A stretch of DNA of 64,000 nt, from assembly GCA_934456295.1 (NCBI GenBank), contig CAKSHB010000005.1, positions 106-64,105 of the forward strand, given 5' to 3'. Position numbers and translations under genes: made by a program. The notes under the pieces are model-generated. The model saw only the letters and a list, made by a program, of their open reading frames with translations, did not search any database and was not told where the DNA came from. This stretch comes from an uncultured Clostridia bacterium. GTDB taxonomy: Bacteria > Bacillota > Clostridia > UBA1381 > UMGS1253. Below are positions 1 to 9,466 of this stretch, piece by piece; the stretch's first letter is position 1, and each line of letters starts with the position of its first letter.

Positions 1-27
1 AATATAACACATTTCTAAAAATAATTC

Positions 28-56
28 TTGACAAAACCGCTTTGATGTAATATAAT
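28..56 (+). promoter_or_regulatory. SigA-type promoter upstream of tRNA-Pro
   Basis: TTGACA (28-33), 17-nt spacer, TATAAT (51-56). The tRNA begins 13 nt after the -10. Confidence 0.6.
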
Positions 57-68
57 ATTAAGCATGTC

Positions 69-144
69 GGGATGTAGCGCAGTTTGGTAGCGCACTTCGT
101 TCGGGACGAAGGGGCCGCAGGTTCAAATCCTGTCATCCCGACCA
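69..144 (+). tRNA. tRNA-Pro (anticodon CGG), CCA encoded
   Basis: Cloverleaf read by eye. Acceptor CGGGATG/CATCCCG; anticodon stem CTTCG/CGAAG with loop TTCGGGA; T-arm GCAGG-TTCAAAT-CCTGT; 3' ACCA. Confidence 0.9.
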
Positions 145-148
145 TATC

Positions 149-188
149 GAGTGTTCATAAGGGATTTGACTTATGACCACTCTTTTTG
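149..188 (+). terminator. Rho-independent terminator after tRNA-Pro
   Basis: Nested stem GAGTG-T-TCATAAG / CTTATGA-C-CACTC followed by TTTTT. Confidence 0.6.
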
Positions 189-212
189 TTTTATCATATA
201 ATTTTTATGTCC

Positions 213-241
213 GAGCAAGGGTAACACCTTGCTCTTTTTTA
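213..241 (+). terminator. Second hairpin with T-run
   Basis: GAGCAAGG-gtaaca-CCTTGCTC followed by TTTTTT. Confidence 0.55.
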
Positions 242-282
242 TGCCGTGAATTGATCGGTTATATAACCGTAAGCTTGCTCTT

Positions 283-705
283 TTGATTTCGGATTTGCAA
301 GCCGAAGATTTCGATGTATCTCTCACTGGCTTTGACGCTGCGGAAATAGATGATTTGTTCAAAGACACCATCCAAGATAAAATCAAGGATGATGATTTTG
401 ATGTGGATGCCGAGCTGCAGAATCCTACAATCACGAAACTCGGAGATGTCTGGCAGCTTGGCAGACACAGACTTGTGTGCGGCGACAGTACCAAACCCGA
501 AACATATGATATGCTTCTCGGCGAGGAAAAAGTAAATCTTGTGATTACCGACCCGCCGTATAATGTCAATTACGAGGGTTCAGCCGGAAAGATTAAAAAT
601 GACAATATGGAAGATGATAAGTTTTACAATTTCCTTTTTGCCGCTTTCGCAAATACAGAAAAATGCATGGCGGACGATGCAAGCATTTATGTGTTCCATG
701 CCGAT
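283..705 (+). pseudogene. Fragment of a ParB-domain / N6-N4 DNA methyltransferase, truncated at both ends
   Basis: Translation contains LTGFDAAEIDDLF, GDVWQLGRHRLVCGDS and the catalytic DPPY motif (VITDPPYNVNYEG). Homology stops after IYVFHAD, and the frame then runs antisense into the next gene. No ParB N-domain lies upstream; only about 40 nt separate it from the terminator. Confidence 0.7.
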
Positions 706-768
706 ATCATTGGAAAAAGAGAGCCCCATAAAAACATCACCAACAACCCGAGAAGGATTGTCTTTCTT

Positions 769-1749
769 TTACTCATGAAAAACCTCCAACACAACTTTGC
801 CCACGTTTTCACCTCTTTCAAGAATTGCATGGGCATCTGCTGCCTGTTCTATCGGAAGAACTTTGTATATCGAAGGTTTAATTTCACCGCTTTCAATTTT
901 CGGCCATACATTATTAACCAGTTCTGCCAATATATGCGCCTTAAATTCGGGCGTTCTGTTTCTGAGCATACTTCCGACCAGGTGCAAGCCCTTTGTAAGA
1001 AGCGGTCTGAGCAGTATGTTGGTTTCTGTGCCGGCTAATGTTGAAATAACAATCCAATATCCGCCGCGCGCCATATAGGGCAGACTTTTCCCGAGTGTTT
1101 CGCCCGACAGACAATCCATCGACACATTGACGGGTGTGCCGTTTTCCTCCTCGCTTTTTAATATCTCCTCAACATTCTCTTTTGACGAATTTATGATTTT
1201 ATCCGCTCCCAGATTTTTTATTTTCTCCGCTTTTTCATCGGACAAAACAGATGTTATGACTCTCGCCCCGAAAGCCTTTGCCATCGGGATTGCAACAGAA
1301 GCAAGTCCCGATGCGCCTGCCGGTATAAATGCGGTTTGTCCGCTTTTGAGATGTCCTTCTGTAAACAAATTCAGATAAGATGTCGCGTATGCCTCGGGGA
1401 GCGACGCCGCCTCAGCCATGGAAAGTCCTTTTGGGACCGGCATGAGCATATCCTGCTTTACGGCAGCATACTCGGCATAACCTCCTCCGCCAAGAAGAGC
1501 ACAAACCCTGTCGCCCGTTTTCCATTCCTTTACGGCTTTGCCCGTTTTGGTGATGACGCCCGAAATTTCAAGCCCCATCCATTCGGGACAGCCTGCCGGA
1601 GAAGGGTATTTGCCCTGCCTTTGCAGAAGGTCGGCACGGTTAAGCGCCGCCGCATAAATTTTTACCAGCACTTCATCATCGCCTATTACAGGGTTTTCCA
1701 CCTCCGACCAGACCAGATTTTTATTTTCATCAACAAGCATTGCTTTCAT
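769..1749 (-). CDS. Zinc-type alcohol dehydrogenase / NADPH:quinone oxidoreductase family protein
   Basis: MDR-family signatures (EVLVKIYAAALNRADLLQRQGKYP, AGASGLASVAI Rossmann motif). ATG at 1749 follows the RBS AAAGGAAG. The track's TTG start at 1755 overlaps the upstream stop. Confidence 0.85.
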   Translation of the reverse strand: MKAMLVDENKNLVWSEVENPVIGDDEVLVKIYAAALNRADLLQRQGKYPSPAGCPEWMGLEISGVITKTGKAVKEWKTGDRVCALLGGGGYAEYAAVKQDMLMPVPKGLSMAEAASLPEAYATSYLNLFTEGHLKSGQTAFIPAGASGLASVAIPMAKAFGARVITSVLSDEKAEKIKNLGADKIINSSKENVEEILKSEEENGTPVNVSMDCLSGETLGKSLPYMARGGYWIVISTLAGTETNILLRPLLTKGLHLVGSMLRNRTPEFKAHILAELVNNVWPKIESGEIKPSIYKVLPIEQAADAHAILERGENVGKVVLEVFHE

Positions 1750-1751
1750 AA

Positions 1752-2510
1752 TCAATCGCTTCCTTTCATGGATAATCCGCGTCCGCCGTCACATACATAT
1801 GTCTGACCGGTTATAAACCTTGCTTTATCGGACACTAAAAACTCAACAAGGTTTGCAATGTCTGACGCATAGCATTTTTCGCCGAGAAGGTTTGTTTTCG
1901 TTGCCCTGTCGATGTTGTCACCCTCCTCGGGACGCATCACTATGCCGGGTGCGACAGAGTTTACATTGATTTTATACGGTCCCAGCTCTTTTGCAAGAGC
2001 TTTTGTAAGCGCCATCACGCCGCCCTTTGATGCCGCATAGTCGGTGCAGCAGGCAAGCCCGTTCAGCCCGACAGCCGACGAAAAGTTGATAATTTTTCCG
2101 CCCTCGCCCTGCTTTATCATAATTCTTGCCGCGGCACGGCTTGCCCAGAATGCGCCGTACAGATTTACTTTTAACACACGGTCAATAACATAGTCCTCCT
2201 GCTCGACAAGCGGAACATATTTTCCGCCTGCAATCCTCGCACTTCCTCCGGCGATGTGTACCATAATATCAAGCCTTCCGAAATCGGCAGCGGCAGCATT
2301 TATTGCATCGTCTATGCTTTTTGACTGCGTCACGTCCGCGATATATCCTTTGGTGCTTCCCCCGATTTCGGTAATTTTTTCAACAGTTCTTCTTACCGCC
2401 TCCTCATTTATATCGCATACAGCAACCCCGATACCCGATTTTGCAAGCGTCAGCGCCGTTTCTGCCCCGATATATCCGCCTGCACCCGTAATAAATGCAG
2501 CTTTGTTCAT
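1752..2510 (-). CDS. Short-chain dehydrogenase/reductase (SDR) family oxidoreductase
   Basis: TGAGGYIG cofactor motif, YAASK catalytic motif, RBS AGGGAGGAG. Confidence 0.9.
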   Translation of the reverse strand: MNKAAFITGAGGYIGAETALTLAKSGIGVAVCDINEEAVRRTVEKITEIGGSTKGYIADVTQSKSIDDAINAAAADFGRLDIMVHIAGGSARIAGGKYVPLVEQEDYVIDRVLKVNLYGAFWASRAAARIMIKQGEGGKIINFSSAVGLNGLACCTDYAASKGGVMALTKALAKELGPYKINVNSVAPGIVMRPEEGDNIDRATKTNLLGEKCYASDIANLVEFLVSDKARFITGQTYVCDGGRGLSMKGSD

Positions 2511-2512
2511 TT

Positions 2513-3502
2513 TTATCTCCTCCCTATAATTTCATATAATACTTTTTGCACAAGATAATCATGCTCATATGTAAACGGTTTTTTCTTTGTTCCTGTTATA
2601 TAGGCATAAAAATCCTTCATCATGTCATCATACCGGCAGTCCTTCGGAACATCTTTAATTTCAGCATCTTTTTTCATATCCTCATACGGCATTGTTGAAA
2701 TTTTCGTGTCGGCATATGTCATGGTGCAGCAATTTTCAATCGGCATAATATTAACCGTTCCCCTGCTGCCCGAAACCATGAGCTGGCGTCTGCCCCAGCC
2801 GTTCACCTCCACGGAAGAAACAAAAACTCTGGCAAGGGCTTTATCATATTCCAAAACGGCAAGATTATTGTCCTCAAAGTCCACCCCGTCAAGCCCCGTA
2901 TGCTTCATAAACGAAGTCACCTTTTCAGGTTCGCCCAAAATGTATACAATAAGGTCAACCAAATGACTCCCCAGAATATACATAATTCCGCCTCTGAAAT
3001 TTGTGAGCCATTTTTTGTACCCGATGTCATGATAGGTGCTCATCTCAGCATTTATCGAATAAATCTCGCCCAAATCGCCGTTTTTTATATGCTCCATGCA
3101 TTTTAAAACGGCAGGATTATAGCGATACATATACCCCAACTGGACAACAAGGTTTTTCTTTTTTGCGCTGTCCAGAAGATATTTATATTCATCGAGAGTT
3201 CCGCTTGCGGGTTTGTCCATATGTATATGCTTTCCTGCATCTATGCATTTCTGCGCAGTTTCTGTCAGGTTCCATACGTCCGTTTCAATAAGCACTGCAT
3301 CGCTTTGTTTGATAACCTCATCTGTTGAAAGCCTTTTTAGCCCCCTGTAGCCTTCCGCGCCGCCTCTTTTTTCTATCCAATCTTCATTTTCCTCGGCATA
3401 TCCCACAATCTCAAACAGCTCGGGGAATTTTCTTGCCGCAAGCATTTTTGCCTCGCCGTGATTATGACCGATGCCAATTTGACCCAGTTTTATTTTCTTC
3501 AT
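2513..3502 (-). CDS. Gfo/Idh/MocA family oxidoreductase
   Basis: N-terminal KLGQIGIGHNHG Rossmann motif, MDKP motif, typical length, RBS GGGAG. Confidence 0.9.
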   Translation of the reverse strand: MKKIKLGQIGIGHNHGEAKMLAARKFPELFEIVGYAEENEDWIEKRGGAEGYRGLKRLSTDEVIKQSDAVLIETDVWNLTETAQKCIDAGKHIHMDKPASGTLDEYKYLLDSAKKKNLVVQLGYMYRYNPAVLKCMEHIKNGDLGEIYSINAEMSTYHDIGYKKWLTNFRGGIMYILGSHLVDLIVYILGEPEKVTSFMKHTGLDGVDFEDNNLAVLEYDKALARVFVSSVEVNGWGRRQLMVSGSRGTVNIMPIENCCTMTYADTKISTMPYEDMKKDAEIKDVPKDCRYDDMMKDFYAYITGTKKKPFTYEHDYLVQKVLYEIIGRR

Positions 3503-3563
3503 ACAAATCTCCCTTCTGCCGAAGGCTAACGCGAAAGAAACTTCCGCGTTATATCCCCCCTAT

Positions 3564-4379
3564 TTACAAAATCCTTTTCATATTATCAATAATTGTTCTT
3601 GCCGTCCCTAAATCAAGCTGCTCCATGGTGCTGCCTTCATTATAGCGGTCAACGCAGAAAATTATATGTCCGCCCAACATCGGATTAATAATTCTTGACA
3701 GACTTCCGGCGGCACCGTTTGCATGGTAGCTGACGGCGGTTTTTACTTCCTTTTTCAGAACCGTCATGGTTTTAAAGCTCTCGGCAAGGTCGTTTTCATC
3801 TTTGGCAAAGGTTACGATTTTTATAATGTCGGGACTGCGTTTTTCCAAAAACAGAGCCAGTTCCACAACCTGCTCACAGCTCATTGAAATTCCCGGGTGA
3901 CATGACAATAAAACCTCGGCGCCCATAGAATGAACCTTTTCTATCAGCTCACATTGCTTTGATATTACATTGCTGTCCGTAACAACTTCTTTCGGATTTC
4001 CTTTTGTAAAGCTGTATTTATCTTCGCCGCAAAAAGTATCTTTTGATTTTTTGTCAAATGTATAACCCTGCATGTCAATACCGGCAGCTCCGGCAGATAC
4101 TGCGTCCAGAAAGCTTTTCACGCGTTCTTCTTCGGAAAAACCGCAATCGGACCAATCATATTTTTTATTGTAATTTAAAGCGATCACCGGTAATTTTGAT
4201 GCATTTATGATTGATTTTAAAGTATTGGTTTCCGTGTTTTCAAGACATGACATATGCAAATCTATCATGTCCGCCCCGTCATACATGCAGTTTTTTATTT
4301 CCGCAATCGCAGATGCGGCAGTTTTTTCCCTGATGACCCCTGCCAGTGCCGGCGCAGTAATTTCAGATATTTTTCTCAT
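3564..4379 (-). CDS. Type I 3-dehydroquinate dehydratase-like protein
   Basis: AroD-like motifs: ADMIDLHM, LLSCHPG (His position), PDIIKIVTFA (Schiff-base Lys position), GAAGSLSR. Start moved to the ATG at 4379, behind the RBS GGAGGAGG. Confidence 0.75.
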   Translation of the reverse strand: MRKISEITAPALAGVIREKTAASAIAEIKNCMYDGADMIDLHMSCLENTETNTLKSIINASKLPVIALNYNKKYDWSDCGFSEEERVKSFLDAVSAGAAGIDMQGYTFDKKSKDTFCGEDKYSFTKGNPKEVVTDSNVISKQCELIEKVHSMGAEVLLSCHPGISMSCEQVVELALFLEKRSPDIIKIVTFAKDENDLAESFKTMTVLKKEVKTAVSYHANGAAGSLSRIINPMLGGHIIFCVDRYNEGSTMEQLDLGTARTIIDNMKRIL

Positions 4380-4500
4380 CTTCTCCGTCCTCCTCCAAAA
4401 CACCGTATGCATTTTGCCTCTTTATTTTCCAATTATAGCATTACAAAATCACAAGTAAATATTAGACCTGATATTCTTGTCAAATATGATACTTAATATG

Positions 4501-4529
4501 TTGACAAAAAAGAGTCTGAGTGTTACAAT
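4501..4529 (+). promoter_or_regulatory. SigA-type promoter for the AraC gene
   Basis: TTGACA (4501-4506), 17-nt spacer, TACAAT (4524-4529). It lies inside the track ORF start, so the real start codon must be downstream. Confidence 0.55.
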
Positions 4530-4552
4530 TCAAAAAAGCGGGGGTGACTATC

Positions 4553-5323
4553 TTGGAAACAGATATTTTGGATAATCTGATTATAAAAAAGTTTTATTCG
4601 GCATCATCGGTGTATACGGAAAAAAACGCAAAGGCAAAAAGAATAAACCGCGTATGCTGGGCAATAGTTATAAAATATGAGGGTGAAACGACATATTATA
4701 CACAAGAGCGTTCATATGTTTCAAACATAAATAATATGGTAATTCTGCCGAAGGGCTGCTCATATGAATGGCACTGCACAAAGCCGGGATTTTTTTCGAT
4801 TATTGAATTTGACAGCGATATGATATATGATAAAATATTTTCCTTTCCCGTAAAGGACGGAGAGGCCTTTTTGAAATTGTTTAAAAAGCTGGAATTAAAA
4901 AGAACATTGAAAAAACCTTTCTGCGAACTGGAAAGCATAAACAGCTGTTATTCAATTATATTAAAATTGCTCCAAACAAGGGAGATTAAATATTTTCCTG
5001 CCTGCAAACAGCAAAAAATTGCAGCCGCCATGGATTATATCGCAAAAAACTATAATAAAAAAATTAAAAATGATTATCTGGCACATCTCACAGGTCTGTC
5101 TACCGTCTATTTCAGAAAGCTTTTCAAAGAAATCTACGGCATTTCTCCAATCGCATATGTCCGCCAGATACGCATAAAAAAGGCAAAAGAAATGTTAAAA
5201 AGTGACTACGGAAGTATAAGCGATATTGCAAAATCGCTTGGATATCTGAATGTTTACGAATTTTCGAAGGATTTTAAAAACCATGAGGGTATTCCGCCCT
5301 CAAAATGGAACAACACATTTTAG
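4553..5323 (+). CDS. AraC family transcriptional regulator
   Basis: N-terminal cupin-like region and C-terminal double HTH (ISDIAKSLGYLNVYEFSKDFKNHEGIPPSKW). TTG at 4553 follows the RBS GGGGGTGA. The start is uncertain. Confidence 0.8.
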   Translation: METDILDNLIIKKFYSASSVYTEKNAKAKRINRVCWAIVIKYEGETTYYTQERSYVSNINNMVILPKGCSYEWHCTKPGFFSIIEFDSDMIYDKIFSFPVKDGEAFLKLFKKLELKRTLKKPFCELESINSCYSIILKLLQTREIKYFPACKQQKIAAAMDYIAKNYNKKIKNDYLAHLTGLSTVYFRKLFKEIYGISPIAYVRQIRIKKAKEMLKSDYGSISDIAKSLGYLNVYEFSKDFKNHEGIPPSKWNNTF

Positions 5324-5335
5324 TATTCAGCAGGC

Positions 5336-5374
5336 AAAAAGCTGTATCAGATAACTGATACAGCTTTTTGTTTT
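5336..5374. terminator. Bidirectional terminator
   Basis: AAAAAGCTGTATCAG-ataa-CTGATACAGCTTTTT. Perfect 15-bp arms with A/T runs on both sides, sitting between convergent genes. Confidence 0.7.
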
Positions 5375-5415
5375 ATACAAGAGGAGAAACCTTGGTTTAT
5401 CTGCGATAAATCCGT

Positions 5416-7755
5416 TTAATTATCGCCGATACGGCTCAGCACATAGCTGCCGCTGCCGCCGTTAAATACAGCAACACCGCCGTCAGCCGTTACGGTAACC
5501 TCGGAAAGAGCCGCCCCGTCTTTTGTAACGCTCCATGTGCCCTCTTTGAGGTCTGCAACCGTGATTTCATAGCTGCCTTCGCCTTCAAATGAGAACGAAA
5601 CATCATTTAATGCTCTGTCACGGCCTTTTCCGAAAAGTACAACCCTGTCGTCAATAACCGCGCCTGCATTTGCAGCAGTTTCGATAAGCTGTGCGTTAAG
5701 CGCTGCGACACCGTCAGCATCACCTACCTGCAATATGTTAAGGAAATAATCCTCCGTGTTGTCGGCTGACGGCGAAACCTCAATTCTCCAGCCGTCACCT
5801 TCGTTCAGCTTTCCTGCCAAAGACTGACCGAGCCAGTTTACTCCGCCGACCTCATGCTGATGACCTTCGCCGCCGACTTTGCTTATCAGAGGCGTTCTCG
5901 GCAAAAGTGTGTCTATGGTAAGTCTGCCGCTATAGCTTGCCGTTTCGGATAATGCGCCCGTATTTTGGAATACGGTTCTTGAGCCGTTTATCTCAGGCTC
6001 ATACATGCCATGGCACAGCCATGTCTTTTTAAAGCTTGCGCCCGAGGATATAACTCTGTCGAATACAAGTATTGCCGCAGGGTGGTCTGTGTTTTTGAGA
6101 TTTAAGAACATGAAGCTTCTCTCAAAGTTTGCAACTTTATCACTGTATGCGTCGGCAATATCGCCCTTCAGATATGAGTAATTCGGCTCAATCGGGTCAG
6201 GTCCGAACTCATGAGCAAGCACTTCTCCCGTTTTATATTTCATACTCGGGCTGAGCAGCTGCTCCAGAGTATTTATCTCTCTGCCGTTATTCGGTGTACG
6301 CTGTCCGCCGTCATTTGACGTATGATTTGCGCCAAACTGCTCGTCGGGGTCATACACGAGCATGGAGTTATGCGCTATTGTACGTCTGAAATAATTATAC
6401 CAGTGTGCCGAACCGTAATTTGTGTTTCCGTCATTGCCGGTCGCACCGCCGCTTGTTCTGTATGCCTGATAGTAGCCTGTGTCCGTCGCAAGCATACCTT
6501 TATAGTAAATCTGAAACGCTCCTGCGTCAAGGTGCTGATGGTTTGCCGTCCAGTATTCGTTTATTTTCATTTCAGCCACAACAGCAGGTGAGTCAATGCC
6601 TTCACTCCAGCCCGTACGCGCAACCATCGCGCCCTTCGGCGATGGGTTGTAGTGCGTCAGCGGAAGCTCTGACAGCGGTCTGCTCTCAAGCGTCGGGTCA
6701 TTGAATATCAAAAATTCAACAGGTCCGAGCGACTGGTTTGACGTAACATTCATCGGTGCATAGTTTGTAAGCTCGCGCTGTGCCGCCTTTTTCAGATACG
6801 GGTCTTTGAAATAATTTCCCGCAAGAAACATCGAGCGGTAATGTTTTTTGACATATGAACCCGGCGTTACATTCCGCGAAGCGTCACCGTCGTTTAAAAG
6901 GCTTCCGTCACCGCGGCGCGTGTATAAATACTGATACATGGTATACTGCTGTTCATCTCCGAAAATTTTCGGATATCCGATTGCGTCGAACAAAAGTGTA
7001 CAAAGCATCTCCCACTGAAATCTGTATCCCGAATAGTGAGCACCCTGAGGATGCATATGCATTTTGTAGAAAAACTTTCTCGGCTCAATCATTTCCTTAA
7101 ATATTCTTCCGGCAGAGTTTACATATATGTCACTGCGTTCATCGTACATTGCAATGCCTGCCGCAAGAAGGTCGTTATATATCTGACCTTCCGTGCCGTG
7201 ACCCGTAACAGTTCCCTGTGCCGTCGGCGGCCAGCCTACCTCAAGGCTTTCCGCAAACACAGTAGCCATATTTCCGAACATCTCTTTTGTTTGTTCATCA
7301 AGCAAATCATAGCACCAGTCATAAACCATACCTGTTACGGCAATAGAGTGTCCTGCCTGATTATAATCAAACAGCTCATGATTTGCCGTATTCATATAGT
7401 TTTTCAGCATGTTTATTGCTTTTGTTCCGCGCTCGGTGCTGCCGTTTATAGCGTAATCAAACGCATTTGCCTGTATGTAGCCCAGCACTGCGCCGTTATA
7501 ATTGTTTGTCGTTTTCTGTACAAGCTGTCCGTCATGCTGTACGTTAAGCGCCGCGTTGTATACAGCCAAAGCGCCCGCATTTTCGGAATGGCTCATATTC
7601 TGCCTTATGCGGGCAACATCATCTGCCGTAAAGTATACGCGCGGATGTCCCGAAGGCGGAAGCACATCGGCAGCACCTGTGGGCAATGCGAACATGCTTA
7701 CAAACATGCAGAGTGCAAGAAGCAAGCATACGAATTTTTTGTTTGTTTTTGCCAT
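5416..7755 (-). CDS. Secreted heparinase II/III-like polysaccharide lyase family protein
   Basis: Signal peptide (KKFVCLLLALCMFVSMFALPTGAAD). N-terminal HPRVYFTADDVARIR-type alginate-lyase/DUF4962-like region. C-terminal NHQHLDAGAFQIYYKG heparinase II/III-like motif. Confidence 0.7.
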   Translation of the reverse strand: MAKTNKKFVCLLLALCMFVSMFALPTGAADVLPPSGHPRVYFTADDVARIRQNMSHSENAGALAVYNAALNVQHDGQLVQKTTNNYNGAVLGYIQANAFDYAINGSTERGTKAINMLKNYMNTANHELFDYNQAGHSIAVTGMVYDWCYDLLDEQTKEMFGNMATVFAESLEVGWPPTAQGTVTGHGTEGQIYNDLLAAGIAMYDERSDIYVNSAGRIFKEMIEPRKFFYKMHMHPQGAHYSGYRFQWEMLCTLLFDAIGYPKIFGDEQQYTMYQYLYTRRGDGSLLNDGDASRNVTPGSYVKKHYRSMFLAGNYFKDPYLKKAAQRELTNYAPMNVTSNQSLGPVEFLIFNDPTLESRPLSELPLTHYNPSPKGAMVARTGWSEGIDSPAVVAEMKINEYWTANHQHLDAGAFQIYYKGMLATDTGYYQAYRTSGGATGNDGNTNYGSAHWYNYFRRTIAHNSMLVYDPDEQFGANHTSNDGGQRTPNNGREINTLEQLLSPSMKYKTGEVLAHEFGPDPIEPNYSYLKGDIADAYSDKVANFERSFMFLNLKNTDHPAAILVFDRVISSGASFKKTWLCHGMYEPEINGSRTVFQNTGALSETASYSGRLTIDTLLPRTPLISKVGGEGHQHEVGGVNWLGQSLAGKLNEGDGWRIEVSPSADNTEDYFLNILQVGDADGVAALNAQLIETAANAGAVIDDRVVLFGKGRDRALNDVSFSFEGEGSYEITVADLKEGTWSVTKDGAALSEVTVTADGGVAVFNGGSGSYVLSRIGDN

Positions 7756-7944
7756 TTTTTCATCTCCTTTTTAATAAAAATATGTGCTGTTTTCACATGT
7801 TATCATCTTTTTTCGACAATGTAAAGTAAATTTCACTCAATTTTTGTGTAAAATGCGTTCATGTTTTTATATGTTTTTATCTGTTTTTGTACTTTTTTCA
7901 TATTTTCTTACAGGTCATCTAAAAAAGACGGACAAAGGTGTAAC

Positions 7945-7974
7945 AAACAAAAAAAGAACAGGCATAACCTGTTC
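7945..7974 (-). terminator. Terminator after the GH gene
   Basis: On the minus strand: GAACAGG-ttatg-CCTGTTC followed by TTTTTTT. Confidence 0.6.
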
Positions 7975-7995
7975 CCTTTCAATATTATTTTAATC

Positions 7996-9303
7996 TTATC
8001 TCAATATGCTCTCGTCTGCAATTACCATCGGGTAGTCATAAAAAGGCAGTTTTTCAAAAACAGTTACATTTTTGCATTTCATTTCAGGCTCATTTATTCT
8101 AAATGCCTCGCCCGAAATTATGTCGATTAAAACGGGATTTTTAATGTTACAGTCAAGCACCTTTATGTCACATGTTTCTTCCGGCGTTTCTTTCATGGGT
8201 ATTTTTGATTTATCCCAGTATACAATCACATCGCTTTTGTTTGTAATGTTCCTATATTTAAACAGCTGCATGGAAAGAGTTTTGCTGCCGGTAAAGTATA
8301 CATTTTTATCTCTTTTTAAATCGCCCGTAAAAATTGTTGTAATATTCCGAAAGGCATTATAAGCAAGTTTCGGTCTTTTTACGGTCATATCGGAATTTGT
8401 TTCGAGCAAACCTTTTGAGTTCACCCGTTCCGTGTAATGAAGGTCCGCCATGGTAAACATATTAAACAGCATATCATTGCCGATAGTTGCCAGACATCTT
8501 CCCGCATTATGCTTTGCCTGCGTCAGTTCGTTTGCGTCCCAGTCGCGCAGCGCTCCCCACGAATTATTCTGCGACGGTGCGCCCGGTTCGCCCTGCCATA
8601 CCTCACAGTCGGGAATATATCGGCGTATAAGCTCCCTGTCAAAAACAAGGTCGCTTATGTCCTCGTCGGGATTTACCACATATCCGTGCAGAGATACTAC
8701 GGAAATCAGCGATAACGCATCTCTTTCTTTGCAGATTTCCAAAAACTTTTCCAAATAATCCGTCTTAAACGGACGGCACATGGCAATTGCAATAATTTTT
8801 GCATTCGGGCATACTCTTTTTATTACTTTTGCCGTTCTTATATAAAATTCCGCATATTCCTCAACCGTAAACAGCTTTGATAAATCAGGCTCATTCCATA
8901 CCTCCCATTCAGATACCCTTCCGCAGTAGCGCGAAACCATAGCCTCCACCCAATTGTCCCATGCCGCCAGCGCCTCCTCACCGCGGATAATGTCATTGGC
9001 TAATGTGATACCGCCGCCGCCCTCGTACAGCAGGTTGCCATAGTTAAGCTCAAGCCACGGGCTGATACCGTGCGCAAGCATGTCATCAACAATTTCGTCC
9101 AGCCACAAGAAGTCGTATTCGCCTTTTTTGCTTTCGATTTTCCCCCAGCCGGTTTGAATTCTTGCTCTTTTTGCGCCTGATTTATGAAGATACTCTTTGT
9201 AGTTATTATAATTTTGAAAATTGTCTAAAGTTTCACACCCGACCGACAGGTTTGATGAAGCTATTTCCGATGAATTTTTGTTTTTTAAATTTCCGATTTT
9301 CAT
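7996..9303 (-). CDS. Clan GH-A (beta/alpha)8 glycoside hydrolase (GH39/GH5/GH79-like), cytoplasmic
   Basis: RIQTGWGKIE...GEYDF...LD near the N-terminus and the acid/base motif WEVWNEPD. No signal peptide. The family cannot be fixed by eye. Confidence 0.65.
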   Translation of the reverse strand: MKIGNLKNKNSSEIASSNLSVGCETLDNFQNYNNYKEYLHKSGAKRARIQTGWGKIESKKGEYDFLWLDEIVDDMLAHGISPWLELNYGNLLYEGGGGITLANDIIRGEEALAAWDNWVEAMVSRYCGRVSEWEVWNEPDLSKLFTVEEYAEFYIRTAKVIKRVCPNAKIIAIAMCRPFKTDYLEKFLEICKERDALSLISVVSLHGYVVNPDEDISDLVFDRELIRRYIPDCEVWQGEPGAPSQNNSWGALRDWDANELTQAKHNAGRCLATIGNDMLFNMFTMADLHYTERVNSKGLLETNSDMTVKRPKLAYNAFRNITTIFTGDLKRDKNVYFTGSKTLSMQLFKYRNITNKSDVIVYWDKSKIPMKETPEETCDIKVLDCNIKNPVLIDIISGEAFRINEPEMKCKNVTVFEKLPFYDYPMVIADESILR

Positions 9304-9466
9304 ATATAAGCCCCCTCTTTTTTACTATCTCATAAGTCTTATTATAGAAAATTTTCTTATGTATTTCAATGACAAATACAATCTGTTTTTTGCACTATTC
9401 AATCATTTTCACTTGACACACTCAAACAATACAATATATAATAAAAGGCAAGAAGGAAGGGATAGT

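Noticed and set aside
171-569. 132-aa and 69-aa minus-strand ORFs, plus short plus-strand ORFs, around the methyltransferase fragment.
   Set aside because: They are antisense or out of frame relative to a frame that carries a clear DPPY methyltransferase motif. They are low in complexity.
700-770. Looked for a direct repeat of the tRNA-Pro 3' end (GGTTCAAATCCTGTCATCCCGACCA) that would mark an att site bounding the methyltransferase relic.
   Set aside because: No convincing partial copy was seen between 145 and 800, so the boundary of the putative former element cannot be defined from this window.
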